A stretch of DNA of 64,000 nucleotides from an uncultured Acidobacteriota bacterium (GTDB lineage: Bacteria; Acidobacteriota; UBA6911; RPQK01; JAPXNP01), in NCBI GenBank assembly GCA_963777605.1, contig CAVZRV010000035.1:192001-256000 (forward strand), given 5' to 3'. Positions 19,978 to 31,515 of the stretch are shown in pieces. The translations under genes were made by a program, and so were the position numbers. The notes under the pieces were generated by a model that was given only the letters and a program-made list of their open reading frames with translations, did no database searches and was not told where the DNA came from. The stretch's first letter is position 1, and every line of letters begins with the position of its first letter.

Positions 19978-20005
19978 TTGCTTTGGCAACGTCATTATGT
20001 ATAAT
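19978..20005 (+). promoter_or_regulatory. Putative sigma70 promoter of the arg operon
   Basis: TTGCTT (19978-19983), 16-bp spacer, perfect TATAAT (20000-20005) in an AT-rich patch. Confidence 0.7.
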
Positions 20006-20013
20006 TATGCACA
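19996..20013. promoter_or_regulatory. ARG box (ArgR operator)-like site overlapping the -10 element
   Basis: TATGTATAATTATGCACA matches the ArgR consensus TG(A/C)ATAA(T/A)(T/A)AT(G/T)CA with one mismatch; lies upstream of argC/argD/argB. Confidence 0.7.
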
Positions 20014-20015
20014 TC

Positions 20016-20081
20016 ATGCATTGGACCGGACACAGACCTGACCGACCCGGCCTTTTGAGGCGTCCCTTCTACAGGCGCTAG
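20016..20081 (+). CDS. Putative Arg-rich leader peptide MHWTGHRPDRPGLLRRPFYRR
   Basis: 21-codon ORF with 6 Arg codons (AGA, CGA, AGG, CGT, AGG, CGC), starting about 10 nt after the -10 box and upstream of arg genes. Confidence 0.55.
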   Translation: MHWTGHRPDRPGLLRRPFYRR

Positions 20082-20129
20082 CACCCCGCGCTTTCCAGGC
20101 GCGAACCATAACGTCAATCTCCAACGGAA

Positions 20130-20147
20130 GTTGTATTTCCATGCATA
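20130..20147. promoter_or_regulatory. Second ARG box-like site
   Basis: GTTGTATTTCCATGCATA, core TGTAT-N4-ATGCA with the same half-sites as the first box; overlaps the ATG at 20141. Confidence 0.5.
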
Positions 20148-21232
20148 TTCAAAGCGTTTCAAACCAGTATTCAATGCCTTCGACATCCAAAGCGGCAGGA
20201 GGGATTGTCCCGGATTTGGTGAGTTCCTGTGCAGGGACGCTGGACCTGGCATTTCCACTGAAAACGGCCGAGATCGCCAACCCGGGAGCGGGTGATGTCG
20301 TGCTTGCCAGGGTGGAAGAAGTCAACCCGGCCTACCCGGCCATGGAACTTCCCGATGGAACCGACATCATTCTCGAACCGGGGATGAAGATTGTCGGAGC
20401 GCTGGGTACGCGCAAGGCCCTTCACGGGTTTTCCGGTCGAATCCCCCACCCCCTTTTCATCGGGCAACACATCCAGTTGCTCAACAAGGGTGGAGTGATC
20501 GGCGAATGCACGGCCTTTCATCGGAACCTGGAATGGCCGACGCTGCTGACCTACCTCGGCACCGTCGTCGAGGGAGATCGTCCCGTCAACCTGCGTGACA
20601 GTGCGCTCCCCTTCGTTGACCGGGAATTGCCCAAGATCCCGTTGGTATTCGTTCTCGGGACCTGCATGAACTCGGGAAAGACAACCGTCTGCAAAACCAT
20701 CATTGACGGTTTCAGCAAGCGCGGCTACCACATCAACTCGGGCAAAGTGGCGGGTGTTGCATGTCGGCGTGATCTGAACGTGATGAAGCAATCGGGATCG
20801 AAGCGGGTGCTGAGTTTCCACGACTTCGGACTCCCCTCCAGCGCCGACGTTCCTTCGTTGGTGCCGGTCGCACGATCGATTGTCCACCATCTGGCCGAGC
20901 CAGAGCCCGATTTCATCGTCCTGGAGATGGGCGACGGAATCCTCGGCGGATACAACGTAGCGTCTTTGTTCGACGACAAGGAGTTCCTGAGCCGCCGGGC
21001 AGCCACGGTGATCTGTGCGAACGATCTCATGGGTACCTGGGGTGCGTTGGAATGGCTTCGGCAACACGACGTAGACACGGCCCACGAACCGATCCTGGTC
21101 TCGGGTCCGGTGACTGACAGCTGCGAAGGCGTCAAGTACATCGAAGACAACTGGGACGTCCAGGCCGCGAATCCATTCGACAGTTCCGGTAAGCTCTGCA
21201 GCTTCGTCCTGAAGAGCCTCCGGCCATGTTGA
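20141..21232 (+). CDS. DUF1611/DgcN-like P-loop protein, first gene of the arg operon (alternative start 20174)
   Basis: VLGTCMNSGKTT (Walker A-like, as in DUF1611 GT..GK), GKVAGVA, FHDFGLPSS, IVLEMGDGILG; overlaps the argC start. Confidence 0.7.
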   Translation: MHIQSVSNQYSMPSTSKAAGGIVPDLVSSCAGTLDLAFPLKTAEIANPGAGDVVLARVEEVNPAYPAMELPDGTDIILEPGMKIVGALGTRKALHGFSGRIPHPLFIGQHIQLLNKGGVIGECTAFHRNLEWPTLLTYLGTVVEGDRPVNLRDSALPFVDRELPKIPLVFVLGTCMNSGKTTVCKTIIDGFSKRGYHINSGKVAGVACRRDLNVMKQSGSKRVLSFHDFGLPSSADVPSLVPVARSIVHHLAEPEPDFIVLEMGDGILGGYNVASLFDDKEFLSRRAATVICANDLMGTWGALEWLRQHDVDTAHEPILVSGPVTDSCEGVKYIEDNWDVQAANPFDSSGKLCSFVLKSLRPC

Positions 21233-22236
21233 AAGTTGGAATTGCAGGCGGCTCAGGTTACGGTGGGCTGGAACTGATCAGCGTCCTGTTGCGGCACCCC
21301 GAGGTGGAGATTGTCTCAATCTCGTCTGAGCGGCACTCCGGGAAAGAGGTCTGCCAACTCTATCCCCACCTGCGGGGAATCGTTTCGCTGACGTTCTGTC
21401 CCCTGGAGGAAACAGTGGCGGCGGAGACCGACGTACTCTTCCTTGCCCTTCCTCACGGCGAGGCGATGAAGATCGCCCCAAAGGTCCCGGCTGGGAGAGC
21501 GCTGATCGATCTCAGTGGGGATTTTCGGATCAGCGACCCCGAAACCTTCGCAAAGTACTACGGCTTTCCGATGACCAGCGTCGCCGAGCAGTCCAAATTC
21601 GTTTACGGTCTCCCGGAAATCAACCGCGAGTCGATTCGCGGCAAGCGGCGCGTCGCCAACCCAGGCTGCTTCGCAACCGCCACCCTGCTGGCCCTGTTTC
21701 CCCTCTACCAGGAAGGCTGGGTTGAAGGTTCGGTCTACGTTGATTCAAAGACGGGCTCGTCCGGATCGGGTCGAACACCAAGCGACAAGACCCACCATCC
21801 CCGGCGTAGCCACGCCTTTTTTCCCTACAAGCCGTTCATCCACCAGCACGTCCCCGAGATGCGGCAGATCCTCGACAACCCCGGCAACCCGCTGATCTTC
21901 CAGGCTCACTCGACTCCGCTCGTCCGTGGTATCTTCGCCAGCCACTACATGCAGCTCAAACAACCGAAGACCGCAGCCCAAGTGGAGGACCTCTTCAGCG
22001 GCTACTACGGAGCCGAGCCGTTCATCCGCTGGGAACCAGGCAATCCCGATATCTGTAACGTCGAACACTCCAACTACGTGGATATTGCCGCAGCAACCGA
22101 TGGGGAACACCTGATCGTCTGGTCGGCTCTGGACAACCTCCAAAAGGGAGCGGCCGGACAGGCCGTTCAAAACATGAACATCATCTGCGGATTCGAGGAG
22201 ACTACCGCCCTCGAGCAGGCTCCGCTCTTCCCATAA
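21226..22236 (+). CDS. argC: N-acetyl-gamma-glutamyl-phosphate reductase
   Basis: GGSGYGG, FLALPHG, IDLSGDFR, YGLPE, ANPGCFAT, GSSGSG, HQHVPE, DNLQKGAAGQAVQNMN. Confidence 0.94.
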   Translation: MLKVGIAGGSGYGGLELISVLLRHPEVEIVSISSERHSGKEVCQLYPHLRGIVSLTFCPLEETVAAETDVLFLALPHGEAMKIAPKVPAGRALIDLSGDFRISDPETFAKYYGFPMTSVAEQSKFVYGLPEINRESIRGKRRVANPGCFATATLLALFPLYQEGWVEGSVYVDSKTGSSGSGRTPSDKTHHPRRSHAFFPYKPFIHQHVPEMRQILDNPGNPLIFQAHSTPLVRGIFASHYMQLKQPKTAAQVEDLFSGYYGAEPFIRWEPGNPDICNVEHSNYVDIAAATDGEHLIVWSALDNLQKGAAGQAVQNMNIICGFEETTALEQAPLFP

Positions 22237-22238
22237 CT

Positions 22239-23399
22239 ATGGACAACACTCAATACATTTCCATTAAGCAACTTGAAGACCGCTACCAGGTCAACACCTA
22301 TGCCAAGCTCCCCATCTTGATCGATCGGGGGGAGGGCTGTTTCGTTTTCGACCAGGACGGAAAACGCTACCTGGACCTCTATGCCGGGCATGCAGTAACT
22401 GCGACCGGGCACTGCCACCCGTCCGTGGTTGCCGCCATCCAGCGGCAAGCCTCCCAGTTGATCTTCTACTCCAACGCCACCTACAGCTCAACACGAAGCC
22501 TGGCCCTCGAGAAACTGATCGAATTGTCCCGCCCCTACCACCAGGCATTCCTGGTGAACTCCGGCGCCGAGGCCAACGAGAACGCCATCAAGCTCGCCCG
22601 CGCGTTGACCCGTCGACGGGAAGTCATTTCAACCGTCAACGCCTTTCACGGCCGGACCTACGGCAGCCTCTCCGCAACCGGCATCGAGAAATATCGCAAT
22701 TTCCTGAACACCCCCGTTCCCGGCCACCGCATCTTGCCCTTCGAAAAGGTTGCAGGGTCGGTTTCCGAGAAGACCGCCGCAGTATTGATCGAGCCAATTC
22801 AGAGCATGGGCGGGGTCGTCACGATCCCGATCTCCACGATCCAGGAGATCGCCCGCTCCTGCCAGGCGGCCGGGGCGCTGTTGATTTTCGACGAGATCCA
22901 GACTGGCGTCGGACGCACAGGCGGAACCTTCCTCTATTCCCAGAAACTCGACGTCGTTCCGGACCTGACCTCCCTGGCCAAGGGAATCGCTTCCGGCTAT
23001 CCGGCCGGGGCCGTTCTCATGACCGAGGAGATAGCGGGCCGGGTCAACCCGGGGGACCTGGGCACTACGTTCGGAGGGAATCCGCTGGCTTGCGCTGCCA
23101 TCCTTTCTACACTTCAGGTGATTCAGGAGGAAGGCCTTCTCGCCCAGGTTGATGACGTTTCCGGCTACCTCCGGGATTCTCTCGCGGAACTTCCGGTCAT
23201 AGAGGAACTGCGGGGCGACGGTCTCCTGTTGGGGATCCGGTTCAAAGGGTTGACGGCCAAGGAGGCACAGAAGCGTCTCCTGGAGGCCTTCATTCTTACC
23301 GGGACCTCCTACGATCCGTCCGTACTTCGCCTGATGCCTCCTCTGACCCTTGGCCGGGACGAGGCCGACATCTTCATTGAGGCGGTGAGATCGCTATGA
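22239..23399 (+). CDS. argD: Acetylornithine aminotransferase
   Basis: YLDLYAGHAV, NSGAEANE, FHGRT, FDEIQTGVGRTG, SLAKG, TTFGGNP; operon context. Confidence 0.88.
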   Translation: MDNTQYISIKQLEDRYQVNTYAKLPILIDRGEGCFVFDQDGKRYLDLYAGHAVTATGHCHPSVVAAIQRQASQLIFYSNATYSSTRSLALEKLIELSRPYHQAFLVNSGAEANENAIKLARALTRRREVISTVNAFHGRTYGSLSATGIEKYRNFLNTPVPGHRILPFEKVAGSVSEKTAAVLIEPIQSMGGVVTIPISTIQEIARSCQAAGALLIFDEIQTGVGRTGGTFLYSQKLDVVPDLTSLAKGIASGYPAGAVLMTEEIAGRVNPGDLGTTFGGNPLACAAILSTLQVIQEEGLLAQVDDVSGYLRDSLAELPVIEELRGDGLLLGIRFKGLTAKEAQKRLLEAFILTGTSYDPSVLRLMPPLTLGRDEADIFIEAVRSL

Positions 23400-24208
23400 A
23401 GCTCATCCTGAAGCTGAGTGGGAAGGTACTGGAGGAGGCCGGCCTGCGCCGGTCGCTTGGACAACAGATCGCCCAGCTCAATCGGGCCGGGCATCAACTG
23501 CTCCTGGTGCACGGAGGCGGAAAGCAGCTGTCGGACTTCTGCCGGGACACTGGGTTACCGGTTGTCCAGGTCCAGGGCCGGCGGGTAACCGACGAGCGCA
23601 CTCTGGAAGCAGCCAAGAAGGTCTTTGGTGCGGTCAATGCGGACCTCACAGTGAGTCTGCTGGCCGAAGGAGTCCCCGCTGTCGGGATCTCCGCTTTCGA
23701 CGGGTTCCTGACCCGGAGCAGACGGCGGCCACCGCTGGCTCTGCAAGTAGATGATCGAGTCGAGACGGTCGATTTCGGCCTCGTTGGAGAACTTCAGTCG
23801 GTGGATCGGAGCCTGGTGGATGCGCTTTGGGCGGCCGGCTATGTGCCGGTGGTCAGCTGCCTCTGCAGTTCTCCCAACGGGCAGATTCTCAATATCAATG
23901 CCGACACACTCTCTACCGAACTGTCGGTGGCGCTCGCCGCAGACCGACTGGTTGCGGTTTCCGACGTCGGTGGAATCTACCTGGACCCGGCGCGCGCCGA
24001 AACCCGCATCGAACACCTCGGCCTGGTAGAGGCGCGAAAGCTGTTGCGGGAAGGCGTCTTCCTGGATGGGATGATCCCCAAGGTCGAAAACGCCATCCGC
24101 CTGATCGAGCAGGGCGTCGATAATTTCCAGGTGCTGAGCGGACTCCAGGAAGGGGCGTTGGCCAACTGCCTGGATGGGCAAACCGGGACGCTCCTGTCAC
24201 GGGAGTAA
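23396..24208 (+). CDS. argB: Acetylglutamate kinase
   Basis: LKLSG, VHGGG, GRRVTD, GLVG, NINAD, GMIPKV. Confidence 0.9.
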   Translation: MKLILKLSGKVLEEAGLRRSLGQQIAQLNRAGHQLLLVHGGGKQLSDFCRDTGLPVVQVQGRRVTDERTLEAAKKVFGAVNADLTVSLLAEGVPAVGISAFDGFLTRSRRRPPLALQVDDRVETVDFGLVGELQSVDRSLVDALWAAGYVPVVSCLCSSPNGQILNINADTLSTELSVALAADRLVAVSDVGGIYLDPARAETRIEHLGLVEARKLLREGVFLDGMIPKVENAIRLIEQGVDNFQVLSGLQEGALANCLDGQTGTLLSRE

Positions 24209-24363
24209 CGCCTGGTCGGCCTCCTGGCTGTAATTGTCGGGCAGATCGGCCGGGCAGACTGGTTAGACCCGCCGGACATGTCGGACCTTTCTCCCCCCAT
24301 CTCCCACCCCGCTTGCTTGGGAAGGCCGGGTGTTGGATAATCTCATATCCCTTTGGGGGGTAG

Positions 24364-26239
<1,876 letters not shown>

Positions 26240-26243
<4 letters not shown>

Positions 26244-26767
26244 AATTCACTCCGGCCGAAGATCATGAACGTCGCATACCGGGATCGGAGATCTTTGCGT
26301 TCCTGCTTGTCGGCCTGTTGATCGAGTTGATCCAGGGCACTGTCGTGCCCGGCTTCCTGCATGCCGACATTCTGCTGGTCCTCGTCATCTACGTTGCCGC
26401 CCACAGCGACCCGCTGAAGGGTGCTCTGGTGGGAACCCTGTTCGGGATGGTCCAGGATTACCTGGTGGGCGTTCCTGTGGGCCTCAATGGCCTCACCAAG
26501 GCGATCATCGCATTTGGGGCCAGCTACCTCCACCGCTGGACATCGACCGACCTCGGCAGCCTGCGGATTGTGTTCATCGCTTTGCTGGCACTCATCGACC
26601 GGGCTCTCATCCTGTCGACCCTCTTCCTGCTCGGCCTTCACGTCGCTCCGCTGCGGCCCATTGAAGCAGTTTCCAGTGCCGTCCTGACCGGCATTGTCGG
26701 AGAAGTCTTCTTCCGACTCTATGATAAGATCAGGTTTCCGCCCAAGGATTTTCGGCGGCTGGATTAG
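26240..26767 (+). CDS. mreD: Rod shape-determining protein MreD
   Basis: Hydrophobic 175 aa, G..QD..G.P.GLNG; lies between mreC and mrdA. Confidence 0.85.
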
Positions 26768-26801
26768 CGTCCGCCTGCTTTAACGGTGGTGATGAGAAGC
26801 C

Positions 26802-28613
26802 ATGCCGATTTCCCAAGATAACCGCATCATCATTCGCCGGCTGACGGTCGCGAGAATCCTGGTTATTCTTGTCTTCCTGGCCCTCGGGCTCAAACTCTGG
26901 CACATCACGGTCGTTCGGTATGATCACTTCCGCAAACTGGCCGAGCACAACCAGGTCCGCACTATTCCGTTGCTGGCCCCACGGGGAACGATTTTCGATC
27001 GCGATGGCCGTCCACTCGTTGAGAACATCAGTTCGTTCAACCTTTTCGTTTACCGGGATGAAATCGGCCAACTGGAGAACCTCAAGCGCTTTCTCCAGGA
27101 GTCGGTCGAAGTTCCCGGCGAGCAGGTAGACGAGCGGCTTACGGCGGCGGCCCACTATGCGCCCTTTCAGCCGGTGCTGCTCAAACCCAATCTCGGCCTC
27201 GACCAAGTCGCCAAAATTCTCGCCCACCAGGCTGAATTTCCGGGAATCCGAATCATCGAGCAGCCGCGACGGCTCTACCGCTACGATGAACTGGCCGCCC
27301 ACAGTCTGGGTTTCGTCGGAGAGGTTTCCCAGGCAGAACTCGACTCGCCTGAGTTCGATCAGTTCTCACCGGGCGACACCGTGGGCAAGTCGGGTATTGA
27401 GCGCGTCTACAACTCTGAACTGATGGGCGAAAACGGCTATTCCCGGATCCTGGTAAACAGCACCGGAAAAGCCCTTCAGGAACTGGGCAGGGTAGAACCT
27501 CGACCGGGGAATGAGCTTCGGCTGTCCCTCGACCTGGACCTTCAGAGGGTTGCCGAGAGCGAGTTAGGTGAACACCCGGGAGCGATCCTGGCCTTCGACC
27601 CGCGCAACGGAGAGGTGCTGGTCCTGGCCAGTCGTCCCGCTTTTGATCCCAACTGGTTCGCGACGCGAATTACTCGAAGCCAGTGGGACCAGTTGATGAA
27701 CAATCCCGACAACCCGTTGCAAAACCGGGTGATCCAGAGCACCTTTTCACCCGGCTCGATTTTCAAGGTGGTGATGGCTCTGGCCGGTCTCGAACTCGGC
27801 CTGGTTACCCCGGAGACGTCGGTCTACTGCAACGGAGCGGTCACCATTTACGGGCATCCCTTCCACTGCTGGAAGGCCGGCGGGCACGGAAGAGTCCGCC
27901 TGGTTGATGCAATCCAGCACTCCTGCAACGTCTACTTTTACCTTCTGGGGCAGAAGATGGGGATTGACCAGATCGCAGAATTCAGCCGCCGCATCGGGCT
28001 GGGCCAGCCAACTGGTATCGATCTGAACGGGGAAGCGGTCGGGTTGGTGCCCTCGCCGGAGTGGAAGAAACGAGTTCAGGGCCAACCATGGTTCGCCGGC
28101 GAAACGATCTCAGTCGCCATCGGCCAGGGCCCGTTGAATGTCACACCGGCCCAGCTGGCCCGTGCGATCGGTGCGGTTGCGACGGGTAGGATCCCTCGCC
28201 TCACGTTGATCAAGGATTCCGTCGCCAGGACAACCCCGCTCACCGGTTTTTCTCCCAAGAACCTGGAGATCGTGCGGAATGCGATGTGGAAAGTGGTCAA
28301 CGAGTCGGGAACCGGGCGCTCGGCCAAGGTCGCCGGCTTCAACGTCTGCGGAAAGACTGGAAGTGCCCAGACGATCAGTCGGCGAGTGCGGGAAACGCTT
28401 TCTGAGGAAGAACAAGAGAAATACGAGGCGAATGCCTGGTTCGTTGGTTTTGCGCCCCAGGAAGAACCTGAAATCGTGATCGCCGTGATCGTCCAGAGGG
28501 GCGGTTCGGGAGGTGCCGAAGCTGCGCCGATTGCCGGGCACATCCTGGACGAGTACTACCGAAAATACAACGCTCCCCCAACGGAAACGATCCAGATGGC
28601 GGCAGGAGGATAA
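26802..28613 (+). CDS. mrdA: Penicillin-binding protein 2
   Basis: APRGTIFDRDG, SIFK (SxxK), SCN (SxN), KTG. Confidence 0.95.
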   Translation: MPISQDNRIIIRRLTVARILVILVFLALGLKLWHITVVRYDHFRKLAEHNQVRTIPLLAPRGTIFDRDGRPLVENISSFNLFVYRDEIGQLENLKRFLQESVEVPGEQVDERLTAAAHYAPFQPVLLKPNLGLDQVAKILAHQAEFPGIRIIEQPRRLYRYDELAAHSLGFVGEVSQAELDSPEFDQFSPGDTVGKSGIERVYNSELMGENGYSRILVNSTGKALQELGRVEPRPGNELRLSLDLDLQRVAESELGEHPGAILAFDPRNGEVLVLASRPAFDPNWFATRITRSQWDQLMNNPDNPLQNRVIQSTFSPGSIFKVVMALAGLELGLVTPETSVYCNGAVTIYGHPFHCWKAGGHGRVRLVDAIQHSCNVYFYLLGQKMGIDQIAEFSRRIGLGQPTGIDLNGEAVGLVPSPEWKKRVQGQPWFAGETISVAIGQGPLNVTPAQLARAIGAVATGRIPRLTLIKDSVARTTPLTGFSPKNLEIVRNAMWKVVNESGTGRSAKVAGFNVCGKTGSAQTISRRVRETLSEEEQEKYEANAWFVGFAPQEEPEIVIAVIVQRGGSGGAEAAPIAGHILDEYYRKYNAPPTETIQMAAGG

Positions 28614-28617
28614 ACGG

Positions 28618-29712
28618 GTGGCGATCGTATCGCGCCGATTCTGGGGGCAATTCGACCTGCTCCTCTTTATTCTGTCCCTGGCCCTGGCCCTGCTGGGCGT
28701 CCTCGGGGTTTACAGTGCCAGCCTGGCCGGAGACGGCAACCTCTACTGGGGCCAGTTGACGCGGATGGGCGTGGGTCTCGCCATCTGCCTGCTCGTCATG
28801 CTGATCGACTACCGGCAACTCGTTGACGCTTCCATTCTGCTCTACGGGCTGGCCATCGGGGTTCTCGTTTTCGTCTTGCTTTTCGGCACCGAAATCAATG
28901 GCAGTAAGAGCTGGATCAGTTTTCCCGGCTTCAACTTCCAGCCTTCGGAGCTCACCAAGATCGTTGTGATACTCCTCCTCGTGAAACTCCTGTCGGACAA
29001 CAACGAGGACTACCTGACGCGGCGCCAACTCGTATTCGTCGGCGTCGTCTGCGTCATACCGATCCTCCTGATCATCCTCCAGCACGACCTGGGAACCGCA
29101 GTGATGTTTATCCCGATCGTGGCCGGAATGGTGCTCGTATCCGGAGTCCACAAAAAGCTGATCATCGGTGCCCTGCTGCTCACACTGGTCGCGGCGCCGG
29201 CCGTCTGGTTCGGGCTCAAGGACTACCAGAAACAGCGCGTGCTCGTCACCCTGGATCCCGAACTGGACCCCCTGGGGGTCGGTTACCAGACCCGCCAGGC
29301 CCAGATCGCGATCGGCTCTGGAGGGCTTTTTGGGAGGGGTATCGGTCAGGGACTGCAGAGCCAGCTGGGATTCGTGCCGGAGAGCCACACCGACTTCATC
29401 TTCGCCCTGCTCGCCGAAGACACGGGCTTCCTGGGCGCATCGCTCATCCTGCTCCTCTACGGTCTGCTCCTCTCACGCCTGATTTCGGTCGGGCAGCAGG
29501 CCAGGGACCGGGCGGGAATGCTGGTCATCGCGGGAGTAGTTGCGTTCGTCTTCTCGCACGTCCTCGTCAACGTCGGAATGGCTCTGGGAATTGTTCCCCC
29601 GATCGGGATACCGCTGCCACTCCTGAGCTACGGAGGGTCCTCGACGCTCTCGACATTCGTCGCCCTTGGCCTGGCACTCAGCGTCGGGTTGCGCCGATAC
29701 ATGTACGCCTGA
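28618..29712 (+). CDS. rodA: Rod shape-determining SEDS protein RodA
   Basis: GSKSWI, FQPSE, QHDLG, IGSGGLFG, PESHTDFIF, GIPLPLLSYGGSS; GTG start after GGAGG. Confidence 0.94.
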   Translation: MAIVSRRFWGQFDLLLFILSLALALLGVLGVYSASLAGDGNLYWGQLTRMGVGLAICLLVMLIDYRQLVDASILLYGLAIGVLVFVLLFGTEINGSKSWISFPGFNFQPSELTKIVVILLLVKLLSDNNEDYLTRRQLVFVGVVCVIPILLIILQHDLGTAVMFIPIVAGMVLVSGVHKKLIIGALLLTLVAAPAVWFGLKDYQKQRVLVTLDPELDPLGVGYQTRQAQIAIGSGGLFGRGIGQGLQSQLGFVPESHTDFIFALLAEDTGFLGASLILLLYGLLLSRLISVGQQARDRAGMLVIAGVVAFVFSHVLVNVGMALGIVPPIGIPLPLLSYGGSSTLSTFVALGLALSVGLRRYMYA

Positions 29713-29722
29713 GGGAAACCGG

Positions 29723-29747
29723 GTCAGACAAGTCCGACCCGTCTGAC
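29723..29747. terminator. Hairpin between convergent rodA and gatA
   Basis: GTCAGAC-N11-GTCTGAC inverted repeat; no clear U-tract. Confidence 0.3.
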
Positions 29748-29761
29748 GAGATTCAGTCTGC

Positions 29762-31228
29762 TCAAACCGCCAGGCTTGGAAAATCGAGCTTGAGCTCGCT
29801 CTCCAGGGCGTGAGCTACTCTGAGCAGCTTTCCTTCCGAGAAGTGGGGACCCAGAAACTGCAAGCCGACGGGCAGCTTTTCCGGCGTAAAGCCGCACGGC
29901 ATGGAAAGCCCGGGAATCCCGGCCAGGTTGGCCGTCACGGTGTAGATATCGGACAGGTACATGGAGAGCGGGTCGGATGTTTTCTCTCCCAGACGGAAAG
30001 GGGGCGTGGGCGTCGTCGGCCCAACCAGCAGATCTACCTTCTCAAAAGCGTCCAGGTAGTCCTTCTGAATCAGGGTTCTCACCTTGCTCCCCTTGACGTA
30101 GTACGCATCGTAGTACCCGGCGCTCAACACGTAGGTGCCGATCATGATACGGCGTTTCACCTCATTGCCGAATCCCTCCGACCGCGTACACGCGTACATC
30201 GAGTGCAGATCTTCGGTGCGGGGGCTCCGGTACCCGTACTTGACCCCGTCGTAGCGGGCCAGGTTCGAGCTCGCCTCGGCAGGCGCGAGGATGTAGTACG
30301 TGGCGATCGCCTGCTCCGTATGAGGGAGGCTCACTTCCTCGACCGAACAACCGAGGGCTTCCAGTCGGTCGAGCGCCCTGCGTACCGGTTCCTCGATCGA
30401 AGCCTCCAGACCGGAGCCGAACCACTCTCGCGGCACGCCCACCCGGAGTTCGTGGACATCTTTTCCGATCTCCTCGACGTAACCACCAACCGCCTCGTCC
30501 GCCGTTGTCGAGTCTCTCTTGTCCTGTCCGGCAATCACACGCAGCACGTAGGCCGCATCCCGGGCCGACCCTGCAATCGGGCCGATCTGGTCAAACGAAG
30601 AACCAAACGCTACCAGGCCATAACGGGAGACTCTTCCGTAGGTCGGCTTCAATCCCACGACACCACAAAAAGCGGCTGGCTGTCGAATTGATCCGCCGGT
30701 GTCACTGCCCAGCGCGGTTGGAACCTGGCGGGCAGCAACCGCTGCCGCCGAACCCCCGCTCGACCCCCCGGGGACCCGCTCCAGATCCCACGGGTTCCGG
30801 GTCGGCTCAAAAGCCGAGTTCTCGGTGCTCGACCCCATGGCGAACTCGTCCAGGTTGGTTTTCCCGATGAGGAGGGCACCATCCCGCTTCAGCCTGGCCA
30901 CCACGGTCGCGTCATAGGGCGGCACGTAGTCACCCAGAATGCGCGACCCACAAGTGGTCCGCACCCCCCGCGTCACCATGTTGTCTTTGACCGCGACTGG
31001 AATACCGGTGAGAAATCCCAATTTCAGAGAACGGTCTGCGATCTTGCGGTCCAGTTCGTCGGCCTCCGCCAGCACCTGCTCCGGGTTCACGGTGAGAAAG
31101 GCATGGACGCGGTCATCGGTCTCTTCGATCCGCTCCAGGCACCCCTCGGCAAGCTCCCGGACCGTGACGTCCCTCCGCTTGATGGCATCCCGCATCTGCT
31201 TGATCGACCAGCCCGTCGTCTCTCTCAT
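29762..31228 (-). CDS. gatA: Asp/Glu-tRNA amidotransferase subunit A
   Basis: [48 protein letters not shown]. Confidence 0.97.
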   Translation of the reverse strand: MRETTGWSIKQMRDAIKRRDVTVRELAEGCLERIEETDDRVHAFLTVNPEQVLAEADELDRKIADRSLKLGFLTGIPVAVKDNMVTRGVRTTCGSRILGDYVPPYDATVVARLKRDGALLIGKTNLDEFAMGSSTENSAFEPTRNPWDLERVPGGSSGGSAAAVAARQVPTALGSDTGGSIRQPAAFCGVVGLKPTYGRVSRYGLVAFGSSFDQIGPIAGSARDAAYVLRVIAGQDKRDSTTADEAVGGYVEEIGKDVHELRVGVPREWFGSGLEASIEEPVRRALDRLEALGCSVEEVSLPHTEQAIATYYILAPAEASSNLARYDGVKYGYRSPRTEDLHSMYACTRSEGFGNEVKRRIMIGTYVLSAGYYDAYYVKGSKVRTLIQKDYLDAFEKVDLLVGPTTPTPPFRLGEKTSDPLSMYLSDIYTVTANLAGIPGLSMPCGFTPEKLPVGLQFLGPHFSEGKLLRVAHALESELKLDFPSLAV

Positions 31229-31515
31229 TCGATCACCTTGGGAACCCGAAAATGACCGTCTTTTGAATCCGGAGCCTCTGCAAGAACTTCGTCAACCGGC
31301 AACGATTTCTCACACTGGTCGGGCCGCATTGGAGTCTTCAGTTCCGGCGTCAGGAGCGCGTGATAAGTGGGCTGAACTTCCCCCGTGTCCACGGTCCCGA
31401 GCTGCTCGAAATAGTGCAGTATCTGTTCAAACCCGGGGACAAACCGATCCAGTTCCGATTCATCAAACTCCAGGCGGGCCAGTTCGGCAATCCGTCTAAC
31501 TTCTTCCCTGGTCAA
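31225..31515 (-). CDS. gatC: Asp/Glu-tRNA amidotransferase subunit C
   Basis: [12 protein letters not shown] ... AP...[11 protein letters not shown]. Confidence 0.93.
   Translation of the reverse strand: MTREEVRRIAELARLEFDESELDRFVPGFEQILHYFEQLGTVDTGEVQPTYHALLTPELKTPMRPDQCEKSLPVDEVLAEAPDSKDGHFRVPKVIE

Noticed and set aside
21226-24208. LysW-dependent lysY/lysJ/lysZ interpretation
   Set aside because: No lysW carrier or lysX/argX ATP-grasp gene is adjacent, and the ARG boxes and Arg leader favour the acetylated arg pathway. Not fully excluded without a genome search.
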